Below, piece by piece: positions 47,898-59,163 of a stretch of 64,000 bases of DNA. The notes beneath the pieces are model-generated. The model was not told the origin of the DNA and made no database searches. It was given only the letters and a program-made list of their open reading frames with translations. How positions within the stretch are numbered: position 1 is the stretch's first letter; each line of letters begins with the position of its first letter. The stretch is from the NCBI GenBank assembly GCA_964383535.1, contig CAYLHS010000001.1, positions 20,026-84,025 on the forward strand, read 5' to 3'. Source of the DNA: an uncultured Acidimicrobiia bacterium. Lineage in GTDB: Bacteria > Actinomycetota > Acidimicrobiia > Spongiisociales > UBA4744. The translations under genes were made by a program, and so were the position numbers.

Positions 47898-48783
47898 GTG
47901 GCTCGTCCTCGTCAACCCTCTCGCCGGAAGAGGAAGGCACGCCGCTCGACGGACACGCCGGGCCCTCGAGGTGCACGGAATCTCGGCGGACGTTCGAGTG
48001 CCCACGACACCATCGGCGATGCGGGAAGCTGTCGACGCCGGTGTCGCCGAAGGGCGGACACATTTCGTTGCGGTTGGTGGTGATGGAACCGCCAATCTCA
48101 TGGCCGACCAGCTGCTCGACCACGCGTGGTCGACGCCACCGGTGCTCGGGCTTCTCCCCGGAGGGTCCGGCTCGGACCTCGCCAGATCGTTCGACATCCC
48201 TCAGCACATCGAGGGCGCGGTGGCGGCGCTGCATGGCGACGCTACGTCCACGGTGGACGTAGGGGTGCTGGAGGGTCGGTGGGGATCGAGACGGTTTGTG
48301 AATTGCGCCGAGTCGGGCCTCACGGCCGCCGTCCTCCATCGCTCGCTCGGGCTGCCCAGGTGGCTGGGATCGGTCAAGTACCACCTCGCTCTCGGACTCG
48401 TGTACCCGAAGGTGCGGCTCGCCACCATGACGGTTCGCGCGGGCGAGCACGAGTTCCAGGGGAGTTCGCTTCTCGCAGTGTTCGCCAACGCCCGGTACTT
48501 CGCAGGTGGTTGGAACATCGCTCCGGACGCCTCTGTGTCGGACGGACAGTTCGACATCCAGGTGTTCGAGGCAACGAAACGGGACATTCCACGCCTGTGG
48601 TGGCTCGCGAAGTCGGGCGCCCATGTGGGCGAGCCGGGCGTTCATCACTTCGCTGCCGAGACCTTCACGGTGGAGGTTTCGGATGGGTGGCCGGTAGAGG
48701 CCGACGGGGAGTACTTCGGTGAGGGATCGATGCGAGGCACCATTCTTCGATCTGCCCTTTCGATCAAGATCCCTGACTCGTAG
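47890..48783 (+). CDS. diacylglycerol-kinase-family lipid kinase (YegS/DagK-like)
   Basis: Start MSEWLVLVNP overlaps the helY 3' end by 8 nt; DAGKc motif GGDGT. Confidence 0.75.
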   Translation: MSEWLVLVNPLAGRGRHAARRTRRALEVHGISADVRVPTTPSAMREAVDAGVAEGRTHFVAVGGDGTANLMADQLLDHAWSTPPVLGLLPGGSGSDLARSFDIPQHIEGAVAALHGDATSTVDVGVLEGRWGSRRFVNCAESGLTAAVLHRSLGLPRWLGSVKYHLALGLVYPKVRLATMTVRAGEHEFQGSSLLAVFANARYFAGGWNIAPDASVSDGQFDIQVFEATKRDIPRLWWLAKSGAHVGEPGVHHFAAETFTVEVSDGWPVEADGEYFGEGSMRGTILRSALSIKIPDS

Positions 48784-48838
48784 AAAGCTCTTCGCAAACG
48801 TTTCACCACACTTCGACAGGAGTGGTTATACTCTCGCC

Positions 48839-48857
48839 GCCCCTCCGGCGGAGGGGC
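48839..48857. other. GC-rich hairpin (GCCCCTCC-ggc-GGAGGGGC) between dagK-like gene and the acidic Cys4 protein gene
   Basis: 8-bp perfect GC stem with a 3-nt loop, 55 nt after the upstream stop and 30 nt before the next start codon; no U-tract. Confidence 0.35.
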
Positions 48858-48886
48858 AGGGTGATTCCGGAGACAGGGAACTCGAG

Positions 48887-49408
48887 ATGGATCGCGACAC
48901 CTTCGACGGCGTAGACGACGAACTCGAATACGAGGACGTCGACGCACCGGACGACCTCGATGACCTCGACGAAGAGGGCTCTGACGACATCGACGCGTTC
49001 GCAGATACAGAGGACGATGAAGACGACGCAGCCGGCCTGGACTTGGATAGTCTGGGACTCGATCTCGAAGAAGGCTTCGGCGAAGCGAGTACCAGCAGCG
49101 TCGACGAAGACGACGACGAAGACGACGACGAAGGCGACGAGGACGACGCGGCGGCCGAGGAGAACGAGGAAGCCCTGGAAGAACTCGAAGCGGAGGAGCT
49201 CGAACTGCTCGAGGACGAGGTCGCCGAAACGCTTCTCCTCGATGAAGCGGCGGAACTCCGGGCCATCCGGCGAGCCGAACTCACACTCGACACAGACGCC
49301 GAGAGCATCCGGGGAGACGAGTTCGTGTGCCAGTCGTGTTTCTTGGTCAAGCGCACGAGCCAGCTCGCCAACAAGCGCAGGCTAATCTGCAAAGACTGTG
49401 CCGGTTGA
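48887..49408 (+). CDS. highly acidic protein with C-terminal Cys4 motif (DUF4193-like; family assignment is from memory)
   Basis: GGAGACAGGGA ribosome-binding site; about 120 aa of D/E-rich low complexity, then FVCQSCFLVKRTSQLANKRRLICKDCAG*. Confidence 0.5.
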   Translation: MDRDTFDGVDDELEYEDVDAPDDLDDLDEEGSDDIDAFADTEDDEDDAAGLDLDSLGLDLEEGFGEASTSSVDEDDDEDDDEGDEDDAAAEENEEALEELEAEELELLEDEVAETLLLDEAAELRAIRRAELTLDTDAESIRGDEFVCQSCFLVKRTSQLANKRRLICKDCAG

Positions 49409-50120
49409 TCCCTCGTCTGTCACCGTTGTCATACCGACGTACAACGAGCGGGAGAATCTCGAATCAGTCGTGACCGCGGTGACCCGGTTCGGGTATCGCG
49501 TGCTGATCGTAGATGACAACTCTCCCGACGGTACCGGCAACGTTGCCGATGGACTGGCCTCAACGAGTGAACTCGTACGGGTCCTCCACAGGACCACCAA
49601 GCAAGGTCTCGGGTCTGCCTACGCGGAAGGATTCCAGCAGGGAATGGACGCGGGTGCCGACATTCTGTGTGAGATGGACGCGGACTTCTCCCACGACCCC
49701 GCCGCGCTTCCTCTCCTCATGAACGCAATCGAACGGGGCGCTGACCTGGCCATCGGAAGCAGATACGTCGATGGGGGTTCGACACCCGATTGGCCCCTTC
49801 ACCGCCGGGTGCTTTCGAAGGGAGCAAACGCCTACGCGAAGCTGATGCTTCGGCTGCCCGTGAAAGATGCAACGGCCGGATTCAGGGCGTTCCGAAGGGA
49901 GGCTTTGACTCGTCTCCATCCCGAGACGTGTCTCGCCGCGGGGTACGCCTTCCAGGTCGAAATGGCTTGGCGGGCGGTGCGAGAGGGCTTGCGGATACGC
50001 GAGGTGCCGATCGCGTTTCGGGACCGAGCGGCAGGGAAGTCGAAAATGGGTCTGCCCGTCGTGCTCGAAGCCATGTGGCTGGTCACCAAGTGGGGGGTAA
50101 CCAGGAGGGAGCAACGGTGA
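49398..50120 (+). CDS. polyprenol-phosphate mannosyltransferase (GT2, Ppm1/Dpm1-like)
   Basis: GTG start; VVIPTYNERENL...DDNSPDGT...DADFSHDP GT2 motifs. Confidence 0.75.
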   Translation: MPVDPSSVTVVIPTYNERENLESVVTAVTRFGYRVLIVDDNSPDGTGNVADGLASTSELVRVLHRTTKQGLGSAYAEGFQQGMDAGADILCEMDADFSHDPAALPLLMNAIERGADLAIGSRYVDGGSTPDWPLHRRVLSKGANAYAKLMLRLPVKDATAGFRAFRREALTRLHPETCLAAGYAFQVEMAWRAVREGLRIREVPIAFRDRAAGKSKMGLPVVLEAMWLVTKWGVTRREQR

Positions 50121-50554
50121 CCTGCCCATCATCGAGGTTCGCGACGGTTGAGGATGTGCCTGAGCTGGTCCGCCTCTACCGACTCCTCGACGAGGAGATG
50201 GCGGCGTTACGCCCCGCCTGGTCCGTGACGGAAGGGTTGCCCGAGCCCATCGATCGTGCACTCGACTCGAGACTCGAAGGTTGCGTCGTCGGTCTGTTCG
50301 ACGGCGTACCGGTCGGGTTCCTCGTGGCCGACCTTGCTGCGCCCATCTGTGGAATCGAGATCGTGTTCACGCACCCGGAAGCCAGGGGAGTAGGAGTGGG
50401 GGAGGCCATGGTGCGCTTGCTGATATCCGAAGCGAGGACCCGGGGGGTCACGTCTTTCGATGTTGCAGTGTTGCCCGGGCACCGCGCCGCGAAGAACTTC
50501 TTTGAAGGGGAAGGCTTCAAAGCGCGACTGATCATCATGCACCGCGATGAATGA
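50117..50554 (+). CDS. GNAT-family N-acetyltransferase
   Basis: GTGA overlap with the upstream stop; acetyl-CoA binding loop RGVGVGEAMV. Confidence 0.6.
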   Translation: MTCPSSRFATVEDVPELVRLYRLLDEEMAALRPAWSVTEGLPEPIDRALDSRLEGCVVGLFDGVPVGFLVADLAAPICGIEIVFTHPEARGVGVGEAMVRLLISEARTRGVTSFDVAVLPGHRAAKNFFEGEGFKARLIIMHRDE

Positions 50555-50960
50555 CCGTCGTCCGATCCCGGGCGTGGGCGCCGTCGTCGTTCGTGAGGAA
50601 TCGTTGCTGCTGATCCGGCGCGGCAGAGGAGCGAATGAGGGCCTGTGGGCGGTGCCTGGAGGCAAAGTCGAGTACGGAGAGACGCTGAGAGAGGCCGTGG
50701 CTCGGGAGACGCTCGAGGAGACAGGCTATGTCGTTTTCGTGGGGGACATCGCATGGGCCGGCGAGGCAATTGGACCTGGTGATCCGCCGGATTGGCACTA
50801 CACCCTGATCGACTTCTACGCGAAGGTGATCGGAGGGGAACTCGCGGCCGGCGACGATGCCACTGCCGCCGAGTGGGTGCCATTGCCGGCCGTGCTGCTA
50901 CGCCCCGTGACGCCGACCATGGTCGATCTCATGCATGTGCTTGATCGTCGAAGCACCTGA
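50547..50960 (+). CDS. NUDIX hydrolase
   Basis: Nudix box GGKVEYGETLREAVARETLEETG. Confidence 0.7.
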   Translation: MNDRRPIPGVGAVVVREESLLLIRRGRGANEGLWAVPGGKVEYGETLREAVARETLEETGYVVFVGDIAWAGEAIGPGDPPDWHYTLIDFYAKVIGGELAAGDDATAAEWVPLPAVLLRPVTPTMVDLMHVLDRRST

Positions 50961-52056
50961 CGACCAGGCCGGCGAGGGGCTTCGGCATGAACAGAGTCGT
51001 CTTCCGGGGGAAGCGCAATCGACGATCCGCGGCCTCAGACACTGCGTCGTCAGGAACGGCGGCCATCAACATCACGGCGCCTCCCGGGTAGTCGCTGAGT
51101 CGACGGAGGAGTCGATCAGGGTCCCCATGGAACTCGGCGTCGATTTCCTGCACTCCCAGGAGCGGGTAGAGCAGCTCGCGAGCGATCGAAGTACTCGCAC
51201 GCCGCCAAGGCCGTGGAAGGCGTTGCAGAGCGTCGATTGTCGGAGTGAGGTGCCACGACCCGGATTGGCGGACGACAGTGATGGTTCCGGGTTCCGTCGG
51301 AACGTTCGCCTCGCCCGGGCGAACGTCGAAGTTGTCTACGGGCGGTGTCCAGGGCAGGCGAGGGAAGAATCGGTGAATCGGTCGGATGTCGAGACCGCTT
51401 CCCTCTGTTGGCGCAACGAATGCCATGATCGAGTCCCATGGACCCGGAACCCCTCGAGAGGCCTGGACTTCCAGCGCGGCGGTGTAGCGGTGGTGACCGT
51501 CGGCGATCGCCAAAGGGTGCGCGTCGACAGCCGCACCGATGTTCGGATCGGTCAAGTCGTATACGGCGTGGCGGACGCCCTCACGTTCGACGGTCCAGCG
51601 AGGGCGCCCTGTGGGGCGTAACAGGTCAGCCAGTACCCGAGAAGGCGACAGCGCGATGATCAGGTCGAGGTTGGCACCCGTCGCGTCGAGAAGCCGGCGC
51701 CGGTCCGTACCGGTGTGCCTCATCGTCTCCTCATGCGCGAGAACCCGAGGTCCGAATTCCTCGACACTCATCGCTCCGATGACGCCGCGGGCTTCCCTCG
51801 CCGACCCGTCCGTCGCGCGAAACTGCATAGCGTACAGGTAGAAGCGGGCCGAAGGATCGGTCCGAAGCACGCCGGAACTCCTCCAGCTCGAGAGCAACCG
51901 AGCGGCCTCTTCGTGGGACTCGGGGAGGAGGAGGCGGGCGATGTTGTGAGGTGACGATTCCCGAAACCGGGCGACATCGTCGATCATGTCGTACGGCGGG
52001 CTCGTCGAGGCGGCCGCGTCATCAGAGAAGTAGGTGCCTCGGAAGGGTGTGAACAT
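50929..52056 (-). CDS. DUF1015-family protein (tentative)
   Basis: Start reset to MFTPFRGTYF; PPYDMI and ADGHHRY motifs recalled as conserved in DUF1015. Confidence 0.5.
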   Translation of the reverse strand: MFTPFRGTYFSDDAAASTSPPYDMIDDVARFRESSPHNIARLLLPESHEEAARLLSSWRSSGVLRTDPSARFYLYAMQFRATDGSAREARGVIGAMSVEEFGPRVLAHEETMRHTGTDRRRLLDATGANLDLIIALSPSRVLADLLRPTGRPRWTVEREGVRHAVYDLTDPNIGAAVDAHPLAIADGHHRYTAALEVQASRGVPGPWDSIMAFVAPTEGSGLDIRPIHRFFPRLPWTPPVDNFDVRPGEANVPTEPGTITVVRQSGSWHLTPTIDALQRLPRPWRRASTSIARELLYPLLGVQEIDAEFHGDPDRLLRRLSDYPGGAVMLMAAVPDDAVSEAADRRLRFPRKTTLFMPKPLAGLVVRCFDDQAHA

Positions 52057-52852
52057 GTCCGAAGTTGTAGCGGGTGAGCGAAGGCAAGGCAATGTCGTCT
52101 GCGACCTCGACGGGGTGATCTACCGTGGATCGACACCCATCGAAGGGGCAGCCGACGCGCTCCGGCGGCTGGAGTCCAAAGGATTCACGATCTTGTTCGT
52201 GACCAACAACTCGACCGCCACCGTGGAGGCGACGGCGAGGAGAATCACCGAGATCAGCGGATACGAGGCGTCTGTCGACCAAATCATCGGGTCGGCAGAG
52301 GCCGCTGCCTCGATGCTCGAGTCGGAGAGGCCGCGCACCATGGTCGTCGGTGGGGACGGGATCGTCCAAGCGCTCTCGAAGAGGTCGATTCCGGTCACCG
52401 AGGACTCTTCGGTCGCGCACGCTGTCGTCGTGGGACTCGACAGGGAGTTCACGTACCAGAAACTCGACGACGCTGCCACCGCGATCCGGAACGGAGCCCG
52501 ATTCATCGCGACCAACACCGACATCACGTTTCCTGGTGCGGGAGGCATCCACCCCGGCGCCGGTGCGATCGTGGCCGCGATCGAGGCCGCTTCAGGCGTG
52601 CGGCCACTCGTCGCAGGCAAGCCTCATTTGCCGATCCGGACGCTCATCAGAAAGCGCCTCAAAGCGGGGCCCGTGTGGGTCGTTGGTGATCGGCCCGAGA
52701 CGGACCTCGCGATGGCAAGGGCCGAACGATGGCATGCAGCCCTCGTGCTCACTGGGATCGCAACCTCGAAAAAGGATGTCGGCAAGGGTCTCGAACCCGA
52801 CGTGATCGTCGAGTCGATCGTCAACCTGCCTGAGAGAATCGACCCGGCGTGA
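52055..52852 (+). CDS. HAD-IIA family hydrolase
   Basis: Motif I CDLDGVIY; GGAAGGG ribosome-binding site 7 nt upstream of the ATG; the ORF-track start at 52034 is a GTG. Confidence 0.7.
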   Translation: MSEVVAGERRQGNVVCDLDGVIYRGSTPIEGAADALRRLESKGFTILFVTNNSTATVEATARRITEISGYEASVDQIIGSAEAAASMLESERPRTMVVGGDGIVQALSKRSIPVTEDSSVAHAVVVGLDREFTYQKLDDAATAIRNGARFIATNTDITFPGAGGIHPGAGAIVAAIEAASGVRPLVAGKPHLPIRTLIRKRLKAGPVWVVGDRPETDLAMARAERWHAALVLTGIATSKKDVGKGLEPDVIVESIVNLPERIDPA

Positions 52853-53558
52853 GGCGACGGCGGTGTGCGAGAAGCGCAGGCCGTAGCAGCGCCGCAACCA
52901 CCGCCCCGAACAGGAACCCCCCGATGTGCGCCTGCCAGGCGACGCCCGTTCCGCTCACGAAGAACTGGCCGACGAGCCAGACGCCGAGGAACAGCGCAGC
53001 GGGAAGCGCGATGGGAATGAAGAACAGGATCGGGAACACAGAGACGATCCTCGCCCGTGGGTACAGAACCAGATACGCGCCCATCACACCTGCAATCGCG
53101 CCAGAAGCGCCGATGAGCGGTGTGACGGCGTCAGGTGCCGATAGTACGAACGCCGCGGTTGCTACGACACCTGAAAGGAGATAGAAGACCAGATACCCGA
53201 GCTTTCCGAACGCGTCCTCGACATTGTTGCCGAAGATCCACAACACCCACAAGTTGCCGGCGAGGTGCCAGAAGCTCGCGTGCAGGAACATGGACGCGAT
53301 GACGCTCTCCCATATGTTCTTTTTCGGAAACAGCGGGGGAGGGTTCGAGACGTCCGAGCAGCCGTTGATGTCTCCATGATCGAGCAGCGCCCCTGACGAC
53401 AGCTCGCACGGGATTGCAGCATGTGCGAGATCGAACTCGTATGCTGCCTGTTCGGTGTGGGGTTGCACGAAGAAGAACACGAACGTGGCCACACCGATGA
53501 TCAGCCATGTGATCAACGGTCGGGTGACACCCGGATTCGCGTCGCGGATCGGAATCAA
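52821..53558 (-). CDS. rhomboid-family intramembrane serine protease
   Basis: Core with GASGAIAG (catalytic Ser) and a downstream His within TM helices. Start reset to a TTG 6 nt after an AGGAGCGG ribosome-binding site, because the ORF-track N-terminal extension (to 54029) is low-complexity and overlaps tlyA on the other strand. Confidence 0.6.
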   Translation of the reverse strand: MIPIRDANPGVTRPLITWLIIGVATFVFFFVQPHTEQAAYEFDLAHAAIPCELSSGALLDHGDINGCSDVSNPPPLFPKKNIWESVIASMFLHASFWHLAGNLWVLWIFGNNVEDAFGKLGYLVFYLLSGVVATAAFVLSAPDAVTPLIGASGAIAGVMGAYLVLYPRARIVSVFPILFFIPIALPAALFLGVWLVGQFFVSGTGVAWQAHIGGFLFGAVVAALLRPALLAHRRRLTPGRFSQAG

Positions 53559-53750
53559 ATGACCGCTCCTGTGGTGGTGGCCTGTGATAATGCCCGCGAT
53601 GGATGATACGCATGTGGCTCGGCTTCTGGCCGAACTCTCGGAGGCTGACCCTGCGGATGCAGCGGAGATCGCCGAACGTCTGGCCGAGTGGCTCGCGAGC
53701 CGCCTCGAGATGGATGAGGAGCCGTCCGCCTGACGCGCCGACGCCTCGAC

Positions 53751-54551
53751 ATGGAGCTGGTCCGAAGGGGGCTGGCCGAGAGCCGATCCGCCGCGAAGGA
53801 CCTCATCGCGCGCGGACGTGTCTCGGTTGGAGGTATCCCCGCAGGCAAGGCGAACACGCTGGTCGACGACCAGGTGTCGATCTCGCTCAGGGACTCCGGA
53901 CGACGCTTCGTGTCGCGCGGAGGTGAGAAACTCGCGGGTGCCCTCGAGGTCTTTCCGCTCCAGGTCGAAGGGGCGCACTGCCTCGATGCGGGCGCATCCA
54001 CCGGGGGATTCACCGATTGCCTCCTTCAAGCTGGTGCGGCATCCGTCACGGCGGTTGACGTCGGGTACGGGCAGCTCGCGTGGCGTCTACAGACTGACGC
54101 TCGTGTTCGTGTGATCGAACGCACGAACATCCGATATGCCGAGCCGGCGATCCTCGGGGCACCTTTCGACGTCGTTGTCGCGGATCTGTCGTTCATCTCG
54201 CTGTGCACCGTCGTGCCGGTCCTCGCTGCATGTGGCGCGCCGGGAGCCGACTACATCTTCCTTGTGAAGCCTCAGTTCGAGGCAGGTCGGGACCGAGTCG
54301 GCAGGGGAGGGATCGTCCGCGAGGCCGAGGTGCGTCTTCGCACGGTCGACAAGGTGGTTCGATGCGCAGCAGGTGCGGGACTCGGCACGATGGGCCTCAT
54401 GCGGTCACCGCTCGAGGGTACGGATGGGAACATCGAGTTTCTGCTCTGGGCACGGTGTGGAGAGGGCACAGTCCGCAGCACCCCGGCGGATGTGGACGAG
54501 GGGGTATCGTACGTTCCGGATCCAGGGCATGATGAGCCGTCAGGTGGTTGA
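53751..54551 (+). CDS. tlyA: TlyA-family rRNA 2'-O-methyltransferase (hemolysin A homolog)
   Basis: S4-like N-terminus ELVRRGLAESRSAAKDLI, FtsJ-like MTase domain; upstream in-frame codons encode ...LTRRRLD without a canonical start. Confidence 0.8.
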   Translation: MELVRRGLAESRSAAKDLIARGRVSVGGIPAGKANTLVDDQVSISLRDSGRRFVSRGGEKLAGALEVFPLQVEGAHCLDAGASTGGFTDCLLQAGAASVTAVDVGYGQLAWRLQTDARVRVIERTNIRYAEPAILGAPFDVVVADLSFISLCTVVPVLAACGAPGADYIFLVKPQFEAGRDRVGRGGIVREAEVRLRTVDKVVRCAAGAGLGTMGLMRSPLEGTDGNIEFLLWARCGEGTVRSTPADVDEGVSYVPDPGHDEPSGG

Positions 54552-54555
54552 GCAC

Positions 54556-55356
54556 GTGAGAATCGCACTGGTTGTGCACGAAGAACGCCCACAGGCGGGC
54601 GTTGTCGCGAAACGCCTTCGAGAAGGATGCCGTCTGCGTGGAATCGAGATCGTCGAGGAAGCCGATGACATCGATGCCGTGGTAGCCGTCGGAGGCGACG
54701 GAACGGTGCTGTGGGCGGGTCGCATCGCGCTCCGAGCCGGGGCGGCTCTCCTCGGCGTCAACGTTGGGCGAAAGGGCTTCCTCGCAGACGTCGAACCCGG
54801 ACAGCTGGACGAGGCGCTGGACGTACTGGCGTCCGGCGGCTGGCAGGAATCGTCCAGGATGACCATCCAGGCCAGCATGAACGGCTCACCCCCCATTGAA
54901 GGGATCAATGACGTCGTCGTCGAGAAGACCGAGGGCCACTCGATCATCTCCATCGAAGTCGACGTCGACGGGGAGCGTTTCATCGACTACCACGCCGACG
55001 GACTCGTATTCGCCACCCCGAGTGGGTCGACGGCCTACAACCTCTCCGCGGGCGGCCCCCTCGTCGCTCCCGAAGTCGAGGCACTCATCATCTCGCCGGT
55101 TGCGGCGCACTCGCTCTTCTCAAAGAGCCTGCTTCTCCGTCCCGATGCCAAGCTCCGATGCACGCTGGTCGCGGAGAGGCCGGCGGCTGTCAGCGTCGAC
55201 GGGCGATCCCTCGGCACGGCCGGCACAGGCGACGTGATCACGATCGAGCGTGGAGCGCGTCCGGTGCGGTTCATCGAGGTGTCCGGGACGTCGTTCCCGA
55301 CCCGGATCAAGGAGAAGTTCCACCTCAACGAGGACCGAAGGTCGGTGGGTGGCTGA
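54556..55356 (+). CDS. nadK: NAD+ kinase
   Basis: GTG follows an AGGTGG ribosome-binding site (alternative ATG at 54529); GGDGT motif; conserved tlyA-ppnK-recN order. Confidence 0.8.
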   Translation: MRIALVVHEERPQAGVVAKRLREGCRLRGIEIVEEADDIDAVVAVGGDGTVLWAGRIALRAGAALLGVNVGRKGFLADVEPGQLDEALDVLASGGWQESSRMTIQASMNGSPPIEGINDVVVEKTEGHSIISIEVDVDGERFIDYHADGLVFATPSGSTAYNLSAGGPLVAPEVEALIISPVAAHSLFSKSLLLRPDAKLRCTLVAERPAAVSVDGRSLGTAGTGDVITIERGARPVRFIEVSGTSFPTRIKEKFHLNEDRRSVGG

Positions 55357-55358
55357 AC

Positions 55359-56945
55359 GTGCTCGATGAACTGAGGGTCAGGAACCTCGGCATCCTCGAG
55401 GACGTCCGGATCGAGCCGGGAGAAGGTCTCACCGTGCTGAGTGGAGAGACGGGGGCCGGCAAGACCATGCTGCTAGGCGCGTTGAGACTCCTCACCGGCC
55501 AGCGGGCACCGTCGGATGCAATCGGCCCGCACGGTGACAGCGCGCTCGTGGAAGGGCGTCTGATCTTCGAGGAGACCGAAATGGTGCTCACCCGCAGGAT
55601 CGGCGGCCGAGGGAGTCACGCCTATCTGAACGGGGAAATGGTGCCGAACCGTGTCCTCGATGAGCGGACCGAGAGCCTGATCGAAATCGTCGGGCAGGAC
55701 GATCGCTTCCAGCTGCTGAAGCCTTCCGCGCTGCGCGCGCTGGTGGACAGTGCCCTGGATGACGCCGCTGCGACCACGCGGTACCGGAAGGCGTGGGCCG
55801 AGGTTCGGGGACTCGAGGAGCGCCTGGCGCTCCTCGGAGGTGACAGAGGGGCCCTGGAACGCGAGCGGGACATCCTGCGCTACCAGCTTCAGGACATCAG
55901 GTCGGCCGGCTTCGAGCAGGGGGACGACGAGGTCCTCATGGGCCGGGCGGCCCGCCTTCGAAGCGCCGGGGAGCTGACCGAGCGGCTCGATCGTGCCCGC
56001 GGGGCCCTCGATACGGTTCTCGAAGCCTCGGGCGATGTCATTGAGGAGCTCAGAGCCGTTGCACGGGTCGACCCGAGCAGCCTCCACCTCGTCGAAGCGG
56101 CCGACACGCTCGGGGTCCTCACGGCAGAGCTGGCTCGTCTCGTTCGCGAAGTGGCAGAGTCCGTGGATCACGATCCGGGAACGCTCGAGGAGGTGGAGTT
56201 GCGCCTCGGGCGTCTGGCCGAGCTTCGTCGGAAGTACGGCGCCACTCTCGAGCAGGTACTCGAGTTCGCGGTTGGGGTGGAGGCACGCCTACAGGAACTC
56301 GTGGTGCTGCTGGATCATGCCGACACGCTGGGAGCCGATCTCGACGTGGCGCGAGCGGAGCTCGACACGGCCGGGAGGGGACTCCTCGAAGCACGGCGAG
56401 CGGCCGCCGCGCTGATCGAGGCGGACTCCGTGAAGGAGCTCGCGGACCTGGGACTCGGCGGTGCTCGTCTCGCCATCTCGGTTGAACCGTCCGTTCCCGG
56501 CCCGGAGGGAGCGGACACCGTCAGGGTGGCCTTCTCCTCCGATTCCCGCCTGACAGCCGGACCCCTTGAGCGCATTGCGTCTGGAGGCGAGCTCAGCCGG
56601 GTGGTTCTCGCCCTCCGATTGGCGAGCCATGCGGGCGATGCGCCGATTCTGGCATTCGACGAGATCGATGCGGGTGTCGGCGGGGAGACGGCACTCGTGC
56701 TCGGACGCAAGCTCGCGAGACTTGCCGCGGGACGCCAGGTACTGTGCGTCACGCATCTTCCTCAGGTTGCAGCGTTCGCGGATCGCCACCTCGTTGTCAC
56801 CCGTGCGGGCACCTCCGCGCTCGTCGAGCAGGTCGACGGCGAAGCCCGGCTGCGGGAGCTCTCGCGAATGCTCGCGGGGTTGCCCGAGTCCGTTCAAGGG
56901 CGACTTCACGCGCAGGAGCTCCTCGCGGCGGCCAACATCGAGTGA
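55359..56945 (+). CDS. recN: DNA repair protein RecN
   Basis: GTG start after a GGTGGGTGG ribosome-binding site; Walker A GETGAGKT; SMC-like coiled coil. Confidence 0.85.
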   Translation: MLDELRVRNLGILEDVRIEPGEGLTVLSGETGAGKTMLLGALRLLTGQRAPSDAIGPHGDSALVEGRLIFEETEMVLTRRIGGRGSHAYLNGEMVPNRVLDERTESLIEIVGQDDRFQLLKPSALRALVDSALDDAAATTRYRKAWAEVRGLEERLALLGGDRGALERERDILRYQLQDIRSAGFEQGDDEVLMGRAARLRSAGELTERLDRARGALDTVLEASGDVIEELRAVARVDPSSLHLVEAADTLGVLTAELARLVREVAESVDHDPGTLEEVELRLGRLAELRRKYGATLEQVLEFAVGVEARLQELVVLLDHADTLGADLDVARAELDTAGRGLLEARRAAAALIEADSVKELADLGLGGARLAISVEPSVPGPEGADTVRVAFSSDSRLTAGPLERIASGGELSRVVLALRLASHAGDAPILAFDEIDAGVGGETALVLGRKLARLAAGRQVLCVTHLPQVAAFADRHLVVTRAGTSALVEQVDGEARLRELSRMLAGLPESVQGRLHAQELLAAANIE

Positions 56946-56980
56946 GATGCTCGATGGTTCGCTCGGGGCTGCTACGCTGA

Positions 56981-59159
<2,179 letters not shown>

Positions 59160-59163
<4 letters not shown>

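Noticed and set aside
48950-49210. GAC/GAA/GAG-rich triplet-repeat-like DNA, checked as a possible tandem repeat.
   Set aside because: It is the in-frame coding sequence for the D/E-rich low-complexity region of the acidic protein, not a noncoding tandem repeat. No exact unit repeats.
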